From Lachnospiraceae bacterium (lineage in GTDB: Bacteria; Bacillota; Clostridia; Lachnospirales; Lachnospiraceae), in the NCBI GenBank assembly GCA_045640525.1, contig JAZUFE010000007.1, positions 1,008 through 65,007 on the forward strand: a stretch of DNA of 64,000 nt, in the 5' to 3' direction. Shown here one piece after another: positions 52,961-62,644 of this stretch; within the stretch, counting starts at the first letter, position 1, and every line of letters begins with the position of its first letter. The position numbers were made by a program, and so were the translations under genes. The notes below the pieces were generated by a model. The model saw only the letters and a program-made list of their open reading frames with translations. It was not told where the DNA came from and made no database searches.

Positions 52961-55486
52961 CTACTTATTATAAGTTCCGTTAACAATCGTATATTCACGC
53001 ACATCCGAATTGGTATCCGTGAACTTGGCTGTTACATAATTGCCCTTGCCGTCGCAGATACGACATACCCATATGAAGCTCCTGGGTACTTTTTGCGAAC
53101 TGATCCAATCCTTCGGATGCATCTTAAGATAAAGATATAATCTGTTATCTATCTGCTCGTTAAACTTAAATGCAGCTTCATAGCCTTTAGAAACCTTAAA
53201 GGTTCCGTACCATTCGGTTTTGGTGCTAAACAAATTCTTATCGTAACTGTTGTTTCCATAGAACAGCCATCCTGCCGAAGTTCCGTCCGAGCGGTCCAAC
53301 GTAGGATTAGCCAATCCCGTAGACTGATAATTGTTTATCAGACCTAAGTTCTTGCCATAATTCAAATAAGTTACCGACAATCCCGTAAAAGTAGGATTAA
53401 ACACCTTGTAATAATATGTTGCGGCATCACCGTCCCAGCCAACGCTGTGCTTTTGGGTTCCGACCGTCATGGTTGTTGTAAATACGGAATCCAAATCCTT
53501 ACCGGAGGCATTCTGCTGATCCTTAAATACCACATAGGTAGGTTCAAGCATTACCTCTACCTTATCCATCTTAACCAGTATCGATGCCGTGTAGGCTTCA
53601 TTCTTGTTACCGGTCGTTATTTTATTAAACTCCATGGAATCATCACTCGGAAGTTTGAAATACTTGGCATTATTCTTAAATTGCTCTATATTGTTTCCCG
53701 CATATCTTTGTGTATGGGGATTATATATCTTCATACGAAGGTTAACTCTGTAGGTAAACGTCTCAGACCAGTCTGTTTGAGGTTCAACATATACGAAGAT
53801 ATCTCTTGCCGTCTGGGCAGATACGTACGTCTTACCATTTCCGAGTTTATTACCGTTTCTGTCACAAAGATATACCAAATCGTCGAATTTGGTTCTGTCC
53901 TTCTTACTGTTCTTATTCCAATTGCCGCATGAGTTATCATCATAAGTCAATTCCCACTCAAGGAAATATACACAACTGATATCGTTGGCATAACCATATC
54001 TTCCATATCCACCGTACGTAGGAGCACCCTGAGTCCAGAATCCGTACAAAGGATTAGCCATACCTCGGTTGGCGGTTTCGGAACCGCCGATAACGGGAAC
54101 TGTCATTTCCTTCTTGGTCGGAACGGCACCTTTGGGAATTGTTAATTCGATAACATCCGTTACCGCTTCGCCTTCAGCATCACGCTGATTTACCGTAACC
54201 GTAATTACATAAGTATGCTCTTCCATCGATTTGGTTACAAGAAACTCTCCGTTAACAGCATCGGTCGAAGTGAAACCTGCACCTCTGGGAATAGTATCAT
54301 CTGCAGTTTTACCCGTAACCGTATAGGAAATCTTCGAATAAGCGCCCTCGCCCTTAAGCGGATTGACCATCTTGCCGTCAACAGGATTTTTTACCTTGGC
54401 CGTATATGTAATTTCATGTGCGAACGTATAAAGAAGTTGTCCGTTGATTATATCCTTAAGTTCCGTATACGAAGATGTAATGGAAACCGGATATACACCG
54501 TCGGAAGTTACTTTAATTCTAAGTTTCGCCTGAACCTTGGGGTCTTCATTCGAGCTTGCCACTATTGCAAAATACTTTCCGTTCATGTAATCTTCGGGAC
54601 GTTTGGTTATCACGCCTGCGGAATTGGTTACATTCTTAACTGTTACATGACCGGAAGCATCAATGCTGATGCATTCCTCATAGCCTTCTTTCAAGGTTGT
54701 GATATCAAGTGACCATGTTACGGATTTATCTATTTCTTTATCATAAGATTTCTTCTTAGTAACAACAGCTTCATACGTAGCGGTGGTTGAATTACCTGCC
54801 ATTGCTATGGTATCCGTCTTACCCTGGCTAAACGCATGACCGTCTCTTGAAATGATTACGTTGGCAACATGAGAATAGAATTCTGTTGTCTCCTTCTCAT
54901 AATATTCACTCAGCTTCTCGTCGGATGTGGCATCAATCTTGGAAATCATATTTCTAAGTGCCACCAGGGTAGTTACTTTAACTTCCTTATCATCTATTTT
55001 GAAGGTTATATCTATCGTAACCTTACCGTTCTCAATGTCCGAATCGTCAACCTCAAATGCCGAAACGCAATCTGATAGAACACTGGTAGGTCCCAAGTCG
55101 GAAATACTTGAAATCACCGTTGTATCAGGCATATTAACGTGTTCCTTAATCATCAGCTTATTATCCGCAGCATTAAGGCTGATTTGAGATACCGAGCACA
55201 TATCAGACGGTCCTGTAGCATCGGGATTGTCACTAAATACCAAAAGTCTTTTGGTCGTAGTATCAAAAGACAGTCCACGACTTGTTTCAAGCACTATGTC
55301 CCTCACCCGGTTTACACATACCTGCTGGTCATACTGAAGCTTCACATTTTCGTTTGACACCGTGTAGTTCTTGGAACAAAAAGATACAAACGCACAAATA
55401 GCAATCCCCACAATAGCAAGGATTGCAACTGCAACAATTAATTCGACCAAAGATAGTCCTCGATTGTTCTTTAGCGTTTTCTTCAT
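52961..55486 (-). CDS. Large (841 aa) pilin-like protein with a prepilin N-terminal cleavage/methylation motif and Ig-like module(s)
   Basis: The N-terminus MKKTLKNNRG|LSLVELIVAVAILAIVGIA has Gly at -1, Glu at +5 and a hydrophobic alpha-1 helix. An internal segment SVTWSLDITT...ISIDASGHVTVKNVTNSAGV...AKLRIKVTS resembles a bacterial Ig-like (Big_2-type) domain. The C-terminal part is Trp/Tyr-rich. Confidence 0.8.
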   Translation of the reverse strand: MKKTLKNNRGLSLVELIVAVAILAIVGIAICAFVSFCSKNYTVSNENVKLQYDQQVCVNRVRDIVLETSRGLSFDTTTKRLLVFSDNPDATGPSDMCSVSQISLNAADNKLMIKEHVNMPDTTVISSISDLGPTSVLSDCVSAFEVDDSDIENGKVTIDITFKIDDKEVKVTTLVALRNMISKIDATSDEKLSEYYEKETTEFYSHVANVIISRDGHAFSQGKTDTIAMAGNSTTATYEAVVTKKKSYDKEIDKSVTWSLDITTLKEGYEECISIDASGHVTVKNVTNSAGVITKRPEDYMNGKYFAIVASSNEDPKVQAKLRIKVTSDGVYPVSITSSYTELKDIINGQLLYTFAHEITYTAKVKNPVDGKMVNPLKGEGAYSKISYTVTGKTADDTIPRGAGFTSTDAVNGEFLVTKSMEEHTYVITVTVNQRDAEGEAVTDVIELTIPKGAVPTKKEMTVPVIGGSETANRGMANPLYGFWTQGAPTYGGYGRYGYANDISCVYFLEWELTYDDNSCGNWNKNSKKDRTKFDDLVYLCDRNGNKLGNGKTYVSAQTARDIFVYVEPQTDWSETFTYRVNLRMKIYNPHTQRYAGNNIEQFKNNAKYFKLPSDDSMEFNKITTGNKNEAYTASILVKMDKVEVMLEPTYVVFKDQQNASGKDLDSVFTTTMTVGTQKHSVGWDGDAATYYYKVFNPTFTGLSVTYLNYGKNLGLINNYQSTGLANPTLDRSDGTSAGWLFYGNNSYDKNLFSTKTEWYGTFKVSKGYEAAFKFNEQIDNRLYLYLKMHPKDWISSQKVPRSFIWVCRICDGKGNYVTAKFTDTNSDVREYTIVNGTYNK

Positions 55487-55491
55487 GAATA

Positions 55492-56115
55492 CTAACTTTC
55501 TATTTTATGTGTTCCGACCTCGGCATCAAATGTTATGGTATATGTTCTGACGCCGCTTTCGAATGTCATCTTGGTAATCACACCATCTCCCGAAGAAGAC
55601 CATGTTCCGTCCGCCGAAGATGATGTACCGGACATAGTACCCATCTGAGCATTTTTAAGTTTGCCCGATTTTCTGTCAAACTCAAGCATGATTCCGGTAG
55701 TTCCGTCATTCTTGATTTCATAATCTGTGCCGCCTATCGTAGCTTTAATCGTTACCTTCTTGGCACCTATTCTTGAATATTCCGAATCTCCGATCGGTTG
55801 TACGATGGTTGTCGTATTATCTATGGTTTCGATTCGCTTATCGGCATAGAAACCGGGAGAATCAATACCCTTTTGGGCATAAGCATCCTCGTCGCCGCTC
55901 GGAACGTCAATATAATAAATATACATGCACTCCGAAGCTCTGCTCATGGCTCCTGTCTTAATATCATTAAGCTGAGCATCCATACTCTTGCAGGCAGAAC
56001 GGGCTTCAACACCAAGAAGCATCGAAAGTCCGAATATTGACCCCCCTATTAGAACAGCCATAATGGCAATAACTACAATTAATTCAATTAATGATAATCC
56101 TCTGTTATCTTTCAT
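55492..56115 (-). CDS. Minor pilin-like protein (207 aa)
   Basis: The N-terminus MKDNRG|LSLIELIVVIAIMAVLIGG is a canonical prepilin motif with Glu at +5. Confidence 0.85.
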   Translation of the reverse strand: MKDNRGLSLIELIVVIAIMAVLIGGSIFGLSMLLGVEARSACKSMDAQLNDIKTGAMSRASECMYIYYIDVPSGDEDAYAQKGIDSPGFYADKRIETIDNTTTIVQPIGDSEYSRIGAKKVTIKATIGGTDYEIKNDGTTGIMLEFDRKSGKLKNAQMGTMSGTSSSADGTWSSSGDGVITKMTFESGVRTYTITFDAEVGTHKIES

Positions 56116-56133
56116 CTAATTACCAATCACGTG

Positions 56134-58533
56134 TTATTTGTGTGCAGATACATCAACGCTCTTCGTCCAGTTCTCAAACTTAACCAAATCCTCAAGCTTG
56201 ATTTCTTCCGTATTGCCGTTCTTCTTGGAAATATATCTGACCTCATCCATATCTCTGAATACATCGGCTACCGTATATACATGAGTTTCCTCATCCTCTA
56301 TGAACATGCACTCGTTAACAAGCTCATCATTCGCCTTGAATTCGAAATTGCCGGAAGGAACGTTAATCTTACCCTTGGCAATAATCAATCCCTCAAACTT
56401 GGATCCTGTGAGTGTTACATCCCCCGTTGAAACTACCAAGTGTACATCAGGATCTGATACGGTTACATTGGCATCCTTAATAATTGCCTTATTACCGCTT
56501 ATTTCGAAGGTTCCATCCATCTCCTTAAGCATTTCTTCATTAATTACGTTATTAAACAATGCCTTATTATCGTCATCAGCAGGATAAGAAGTTCCTGTTC
56601 CCTCTACTTCATATGCGCTTCCTCGCTGATATACATCGGTCAGAGAATCCAAATACGGTGTCAGCTTGGTGCTGTATCCTGTGAACTGCTCCGAATAAGA
56701 TTGGAAATCGTCTTCAAACGAATCGGTTATCGAATCAAATTCCGTTCCCGGAACTTTCAGATATCCGACCGTATTTCTGTCCTTCTTGCCGTCTCCGTCC
56801 AAGTCTGCGGTATCGGCTACAATGTTTCCGGCTATATTCAATCTCAATGCCAAATCCGATGATGACGGAATTGTTATTGCATCAAGATAAACTCTCATAT
56901 AATTATCTACTGCATCTTTATTCACACCATAGTACTTGGCAAAGTACAAATTGGCTGCCTCTTCGTCTTTAAAGTGCATATAAAGATATACCATGGTCTC
57001 CGAAGCTGTTGAAGGTCTGACAAATACTGTCTTAAAGTCGTCATCCTCCATGAATTGACCAAGTGTATAGACATCACCCAAAACGGATACCGGCTTGTTG
57101 GTTGCCACCATTGTCAGGGTATCATCGCCTTTAATATCATTAAATTCCTCATATGTAAGAGGATTCTTGTTATACTTTGAAAAGCCTTCGGCATTAACAC
57201 CGATACAATCTGTCGGAACCAGATACATAAGCTGATCCGCCTTGGCTGCAATTGACTGACCTACGTATACCTGCATGCTTTCGGTTGTATCCAGCGTATC
57301 CGAAACCACACCGATTTTCTGATTGGCCTTGGTCTTGTTTCCGGCCTTGTCCTTGGTATTGGTTCCTATATAAGCATGACCTGCCAGATTCAGTTTCTTG
57401 ATTGCCGACAAATCAAGTGTTGTATTCTTACCGTTGACAAGGATTGCCGAACTCTTGGATCCCTCTGTAATTGAATTACCGTATCCAAGATAGTAATCCT
57501 TGATGGTAACTATACAATCCTTACCTTTGATATTCAGGTCATCCTGCACATATGAATAACCTGCCAGGGTGACATTCGAGCTTTCGGCTACAATATCGTC
57601 CGTCCATAGGGTAGAGGCTTCATATGTGGTAAGGCCTCCGTTTTTGATATTCATGGATGTTGCAACTATATGTTTATCATCACCTGTTGCTGTAGGCTTA
57701 TACTCGAGCTTACCGCCTATATCATTAACGGCATAGGCGAACGAATTACCCTGTATTGTTACGGTTGATGCCGTTCCTTTATTGGTACCGAGATTTCTTA
57801 TTTCAAGCGCCGTATCGGTTATGAAAGTATAGTTGCTGATTTCCGGCATAACCGGATTATCAAAGCTAAACTCCGGGTATATCAAATGAATATCCGTCTT
57901 AACCGAAGATACGAAACCGTTCGAATCTCTGTAGTAAACTACCAAATCCTTCAAAATGATACCGCTTTTAGCGTCCTCTTTGATATCGCCTGTGTAATAT
58001 TGGGCAGAAGAATCGGTTGTATTGGCACTTGAACGAATGAACGCACCGTACTCGGTCGAAACATCCCCTGTCTCATGCCATCTTGTTGAATCTTTAACGA
58101 AACGATACAGTCCCTCAGTCGGATTGGTTGCCGTTAAGTCAACCGGCATTGCTACGTACTTCTTCGTGTCGGAAGGAAGTGCCAGCATACCTTTAATGTA
58201 CTCATAGAACTTAACCTTAACCAGTTCATTCTTCTCATCCGAAGTTGTTTCATCCAAATCATACTGAGTCAGCACCGATGAATAGGCACTGCCGAGTGCA
58301 TCGGAAACCATCTGCTGTAATCCTACCTGAATTTCGTCAAGTACAACTTCGGCCGAATAGAACGAATCCTTGGCATAAACATTCACGTTACGCATCTTGA
58401 AGTTAACCGCAGATGAAAGCAGAAGAACATTCACCAAAACGACAACAAAACCAATAGCCACGATAACCGTCACTATTGATAAACCTTGGTTGTTACATAT
58501 TCTTTTGTTAATTTTCTTAAACAAATTAACCAT
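56134..58533 (-). CDS. Large (799 aa) pilin-like protein lacking Glu+5 (PilX/GspK-like position)
   Basis: The N-terminus MVNLFKKINKRICNNQG|LSIVTVIVAIGFVVVLVNVLLL has Gly at -1 and a hydrophobic helix, but Thr at +5 in place of Glu. There is an internal DLDGDGKKD (DxDxDG) loop. Confidence 0.7.
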   Translation of the reverse strand: MVNLFKKINKRICNNQGLSIVTVIVAIGFVVVLVNVLLLSSAVNFKMRNVNVYAKDSFYSAEVVLDEIQVGLQQMVSDALGSAYSSVLTQYDLDETTSDEKNELVKVKFYEYIKGMLALPSDTKKYVAMPVDLTATNPTEGLYRFVKDSTRWHETGDVSTEYGAFIRSSANTTDSSAQYYTGDIKEDAKSGIILKDLVVYYRDSNGFVSSVKTDIHLIYPEFSFDNPVMPEISNYTFITDTALEIRNLGTNKGTASTVTIQGNSFAYAVNDIGGKLEYKPTATGDDKHIVATSMNIKNGGLTTYEASTLWTDDIVAESSNVTLAGYSYVQDDLNIKGKDCIVTIKDYYLGYGNSITEGSKSSAILVNGKNTTLDLSAIKKLNLAGHAYIGTNTKDKAGNKTKANQKIGVVSDTLDTTESMQVYVGQSIAAKADQLMYLVPTDCIGVNAEGFSKYNKNPLTYEEFNDIKGDDTLTMVATNKPVSVLGDVYTLGQFMEDDDFKTVFVRPSTASETMVYLYMHFKDEEAANLYFAKYYGVNKDAVDNYMRVYLDAITIPSSSDLALRLNIAGNIVADTADLDGDGKKDRNTVGYLKVPGTEFDSITDSFEDDFQSYSEQFTGYSTKLTPYLDSLTDVYQRGSAYEVEGTGTSYPADDDNKALFNNVINEEMLKEMDGTFEISGNKAIIKDANVTVSDPDVHLVVSTGDVTLTGSKFEGLIIAKGKINVPSGNFEFKANDELVNECMFIEDEETHVYTVADVFRDMDEVRYISKKNGNTEEIKLEDLVKFENWTKSVDVSAHK

Positions 58534-58536
58534 ATC

Positions 58537-59928
58537 TTATTCCAACAATGTTCCGGTAAGTTCTACCGCTACCGGCCACTCATCACCCGTCGTCGGCTTT
58601 TCAACCGTTACGGTAACATCATATATTCTGTCGGTAATGGTTGATGCATCCAACGTCTTACCGTCCGTAGTCTGTGCATTAAGGGCTTTTGATGCACTTT
58701 CATTCTCGAAAGAACCCTTCTTATTTTTAATTCGATTCCAAACCGTGGGTGTAAACACGGCTGTCGTAGAATCCGGATCCGATGTCGGAGAACCGATATT
58801 CAAATAACACTGCACCGGAACCTGTGCGGAAGTATCCGTCTTTAAATACTCCAAATCAGCGGAATCATATAAGTTGGTACGCAAAAGAATCGGTTGCTTA
58901 TCACCACCGTTTTCTTCATCCTCAACTTCGTTTTCGTATATTTCCAATATCAATCCGCCCTTGGCAGACTGTTTACGATAGTCTTCCCAAGCTTCCGAGC
59001 CGTCATTTTGTGCCACAACATACAAATCTGCTTCAACCGAATCGTGATTATGAACGATTATGATATCTCCGCCTTCTTTGGCTGTCTCATAGTTAGGTTG
59101 ATACATGATAAAGACAGACCTGAACGGAGCCTTGGAAGATGCATTGTTGAATATCTGTTTCTTTAAGGCAACATATGAAACCTTATCATCATCCACTACT
59201 TTCGGATCATTGTCACTTAGCAGATATGATATGGTTGCATAAACAGAAACCTTATCTATTGTATTACCGTCAGCATCTACCATAGTACCTACCTTGTCTA
59301 TATCAATGCTGATTTCACGATATAACTTTCCTCTGAAACCCGAAGCCGTTACTGTATCCGTCGTCGGATAAATATGCTGATACGCCTCGTTCCTCTTTTC
59401 AAATTCACGGCAGGCCTTCTCTTCATATACATCCTTGAAAATGCCCGGCGTTCCGTCGGAATTCACCGATTTGGGCATGTTCAAAATGGCTGCGGTCTTC
59501 GCCGATACGGAATCAAATTCCGACAGATTGACCGCATTGGCATTCTTGTAGAATTGCGGGTCAATCTCTATCTTTACATTAAAGCCCTTGGAAAGAGCTG
59601 AATTAACTTCACTGTCGTACGCCGTAAATGTACCGCCCGCAACGCCCGTGATGTTAAGTGTATATTTACCGTTACCATCCAAAGTGGCTGATTCGGTACC
59701 GTACTTTTCAACCACTCCCGCGCGTGTAAGTGTCTTCATATCTTCCATGATATTTTCGGCAGCGTTCGTGGCATACATCTTATATTTGGATTTGGAAGTA
59801 GTCTGTGCCGAAGAAACAAAGGCGTGCAAAACCGGAATGCTGACAATTGCAAGTATAATAACCGCAATCAGCACCTCTAAAAGAGTAAAACCGGAATTAT
59901 TCAATTGGCCTTGATTCTTTTGGTCCAT
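58537..59928 (-). CDS. Large (463 aa) minor pilin-like protein (PilV/GspI-like N-terminus)
   Basis: The N-terminus MDQKNQGQLNNSG|FTLLEVLIAVIILAIVSIP is a canonical prepilin motif. It is the first of four consecutive pilin-like genes. Confidence 0.8.
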   Translation of the reverse strand: MDQKNQGQLNNSGFTLLEVLIAVIILAIVSIPVLHAFVSSAQTTSKSKYKMYATNAAENIMEDMKTLTRAGVVEKYGTESATLDGNGKYTLNITGVAGGTFTAYDSEVNSALSKGFNVKIEIDPQFYKNANAVNLSEFDSVSAKTAAILNMPKSVNSDGTPGIFKDVYEEKACREFEKRNEAYQHIYPTTDTVTASGFRGKLYREISIDIDKVGTMVDADGNTIDKVSVYATISYLLSDNDPKVVDDDKVSYVALKKQIFNNASSKAPFRSVFIMYQPNYETAKEGGDIIIVHNHDSVEADLYVVAQNDGSEAWEDYRKQSAKGGLILEIYENEVEDEENGGDKQPILLRTNLYDSADLEYLKTDTSAQVPVQCYLNIGSPTSDPDSTTAVFTPTVWNRIKNKKGSFENESASKALNAQTTDGKTLDASTITDRIYDVTVTVEKPTTGDEWPVAVELTGTLLE

Positions 59929-59940
59929 TACTAAACTACC

Positions 59941-60792
59941 TTATGCTGCGGGAACATCTTCGGGTGCCAATTCATCCTGAAGGTCCTCGGGGGTTACAGG
60001 GGTTGCATCCACTTCGTTCTCAACCGGTGCATCTGCAGGGTTCGTAAGTAAAGATACAGTATCCGCTCCTGTATGGAATACATCGCTCAATCCCTTAGGT
60101 ACAGCAGGAATGAATGTAGGAACATACTCTTTTTCAAGACCTTCTATGTAGTAAAGTTCTACTCCAACTGCTCCTGTCAAATAGCCTGTTTCCTCATCAT
60201 AATATATCTCGAATCCGATAATGGAATTCTTATTGGTCTGGCTTGTGATGTAATTGATCATATACTTAAGTCCGTTGTAAGTACATGCGAAATTCATAGC
60301 CATCGGCGCTCCGAAAAGCTTATACTTGGCGCTGATATCATCTACCTGCTCGTCAAGGAAATATTCCTTTCCGTCTTCTTCGGTAATAATATCAACGTTT
60401 TCAAGGCTTTCCCCATCAACTCCTGCCACATAAACGGCATCATCGACTTCTCTTATTTCCAAATCTCCGAAGCGAAGTTCAAGAGGAAGCGCCGTATCAA
60501 TGTTAGCCCAGAACATCATCAAATCTTCTGTGCTGACCAGTGCCGGATATCTATCCGTAATCTCTGCGATTTTGGCTTCTGCCGTTGTGATTCCTTCTTC
60601 ATACTCATCAAGTCTGGACATTATTGACTGATATTGCTCGGCTTTCGCTGAAAGCGTCACATTTTCTGCTTCAACAGCCGCAAGTTCTTCTTTCATGGGA
60701 CTTACTATCAAGAACCAAACAACTACCAAAATCAGTACTCCGAGTACTCCTATAAGTAAATTTTTCTCTTTAGGTCCAATCTGCATATTCAT
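59941..60792 (-). CDS. pilO: Type IV pilus assembly protein PilO-like
   Basis: The likely start is MNMQIGPKEKNLLIGVLGVLILVVVWFLIVSPMKEELAAVEAENVTL at 60792, 1 nt after the upstream stop; the ORF track extends to 60864. TM segment plus coiled coil plus ferredoxin-like C-domain, in the position expected for PilO. Acidic C-terminal tail. Confidence 0.75.
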   Translation of the reverse strand: MNMQIGPKEKNLLIGVLGVLILVVVWFLIVSPMKEELAAVEAENVTLSAKAEQYQSIMSRLDEYEEGITTAEAKIAEITDRYPALVSTEDLMMFWANIDTALPLELRFGDLEIREVDDAVYVAGVDGESLENVDIITEEDGKEYFLDEQVDDISAKYKLFGAPMAMNFACTYNGLKYMINYITSQTNKNSIIGFEIYYDEETGYLTGAVGVELYYIEGLEKEYVPTFIPAVPKGLSDVFHTGADTVSLLTNPADAPVENEVDATPVTPEDLQDELAPEDVPAA

Positions 60793-60793
60793 C

Positions 60794-62614
60794 TTATAGG
60801 CCCTCCTGTGCATTAGCATCTTCGGCTTCATCGCCCTCTTCTTCGTATGGTGCGAAGTAGGCATCTATAGTAAAGCCATAGAGGATTTCGCCCAAATCGT
60901 TTTCAAGTAAAGATACCGATGTAACCTCTGCCGAAGAGAACATCTCATTCTCTTTAATCTTCTTAAGTACGGACGCTGTTTCTTCCTTGCTGCTGACCGT
61001 AAGATCCAAGGTTACCTTCTCCATATCCGATTCTATACTGTTAAGGCAGAACGAATAAGGCATCTCTTTTTCAAGATATGCTATTAACTCATGCATTTCA
61101 TTGTTTCTGTTTTCACCTGCATTATCCAAGCCTTCAAGATATTCAAGGTTGGCCATGTTTTCAAGATATTCTTTATATGTTTCAACTGCAGGTTCACAAT
61201 CGGCTATTGTCTTTTCATAGCCTGCCTTCAGGTCTTTGGCCTCGTTAAGAGGTATCCATGTAAGAAGGAAAAGAAGTGCTGAGGCAACCACACAAATAAG
61301 GAAGACGCCCAATGCAATGATTGTATTTCTTCCGTCATTGGCACCTGAAGAAGACGAACCCTTCTTGCCTTCGTCGTCATGATCCTTATAGAAATTAATG
61401 GGAGCAATTGTAGCACCGATAACGGTTACATATTCTCCGTAAGAAACATCCTGGAAAACCTTCTCTGCGTCAATACCTGCAAGATGTGTAAGATTCTTAA
61501 CCTTAATTCCGAGCTCATTGCTAAGAAGGTTCTGCAATCCGGAGAAGTCAGCACCGATACCCGTAATGAAAGCTCTCTCGATAGGTCTTGATGAATGATT
61601 TGAGTTATAATAATCGATTACTCGCAAGATACCGCCGCCAAGAGTTCTTAATGACTGGGTAACGGCCTGTTTCTCGATTCTGATCTGTGTAGCCTCTGAA
61701 TCGTCCTCTTGAGCGTCAGCCTCTGTCGGGCCTCCGTCGAAGCTTGAAAGAATGACTGTCTTACGTCTTGCCACTTCAATGGCATCATTATAAGTAGTCA
61801 TAGGACCAAGTGTCTTGGTATCAAGCAATGTACTAACGGCTTCATCGATACCGTAAGAAATTGTACGGTTCAATGTAATAGCGCCATCCTCGGTAACCAT
61901 CAGCAACGAGTTCTTCTCATCAATCTTAACGATTAACTGAACACCCTTTTGAGCCTCTTCTCTGGCTGCCTGATAAATAGAGTTACCGTTATAATCAATT
62001 GAAACAATATCCAATGTAAGAGCCTTGGCAAGTCTCTCATATCCTGCAATCAACTGCTTGGGAGCTGCCAAAACCATAAGCTTATAGCCTGTGGGCTTAG
62101 CCTGCTTGGTAAGTTCCGCCTTAGCAGCTTTAGACTTCTTGCCTGCGTCCTTGGCGTTCTCGGTGTTCTCACCCTCTTCGCCGTTTTCGGAATCCTCTTT
62201 GTCCAAATCTATTATAGGAAGTGAAGGTGCATCTTCTCTTACAAGACCAATAATTGAATGGCTGAACATATATTGGTTGGGATCTATCGGGAAATAGTCC
62301 GTAAGATTAGCCCTTACAATATCCTGGAGCTGCTTTTCCTTAACGAAAGGAACAACAACTTCTCTGGTAGCTATCTTACTGCTGGCAATTGTAAAGATAA
62401 CTTTTCTCGTCTTAATCTTGTTATCATTCAGAATTGATTTGAATGTGTTGGCAAATACATCGTTGGTATCAACCATACCGTCGGTAATCATACCCTCGGG
62501 GGTCGAAATAACGAAGCTGTTGAAAATCTTATTATGTCCGTTGGTGTTGCGTTCAACCTCGCACACCTTAGTAAAGAGATAGCCAATCTCAATACTTAAT
62601 ACTCTTTCAGCCAT
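60794..62614 (-). CDS. pilMN: Fused PilM (actin-like ATPase fold) - PilN type IV pilus assembly protein
   Basis: 606 aa. The N-terminus VLSIEIGYLFTKVCEV, then ...VLAAPKQLIAGYERL and ...FITGIGADFSGLQNLL, fit PilM. A TM segment (NTIIALGVFLICVVASALLFLLTW) follows near residue 430, and then a PilN-like domain. The PilM part carries an acidic/Lys-rich insertion DLDKEDSENGEEGENTENAKDAGKKSKAAKAE. Confidence 0.8.
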   Translation of the reverse strand: MAERVLSIEIGYLFTKVCEVERNTNGHNKIFNSFVISTPEGMITDGMVDTNDVFANTFKSILNDNKIKTRKVIFTIASSKIATREVVVPFVKEKQLQDIVRANLTDYFPIDPNQYMFSHSIIGLVREDAPSLPIIDLDKEDSENGEEGENTENAKDAGKKSKAAKAELTKQAKPTGYKLMVLAAPKQLIAGYERLAKALTLDIVSIDYNGNSIYQAAREEAQKGVQLIVKIDEKNSLLMVTEDGAITLNRTISYGIDEAVSTLLDTKTLGPMTTYNDAIEVARRKTVILSSFDGGPTEADAQEDDSEATQIRIEKQAVTQSLRTLGGGILRVIDYYNSNHSSRPIERAFITGIGADFSGLQNLLSNELGIKVKNLTHLAGIDAEKVFQDVSYGEYVTVIGATIAPINFYKDHDDEGKKGSSSSGANDGRNTIIALGVFLICVVASALLFLLTWIPLNEAKDLKAGYEKTIADCEPAVETYKEYLENMANLEYLEGLDNAGENRNNEMHELIAYLEKEMPYSFCLNSIESDMEKVTLDLTVSSKEETASVLKKIKENEMFSSAEVTSVSLLENDLGEILYGFTIDAYFAPYEEEGDEAEDANAQEGL

Positions 62615-62644
62615 TTTCCCTCTCCTTAAATGCCTTCTTTTCTA

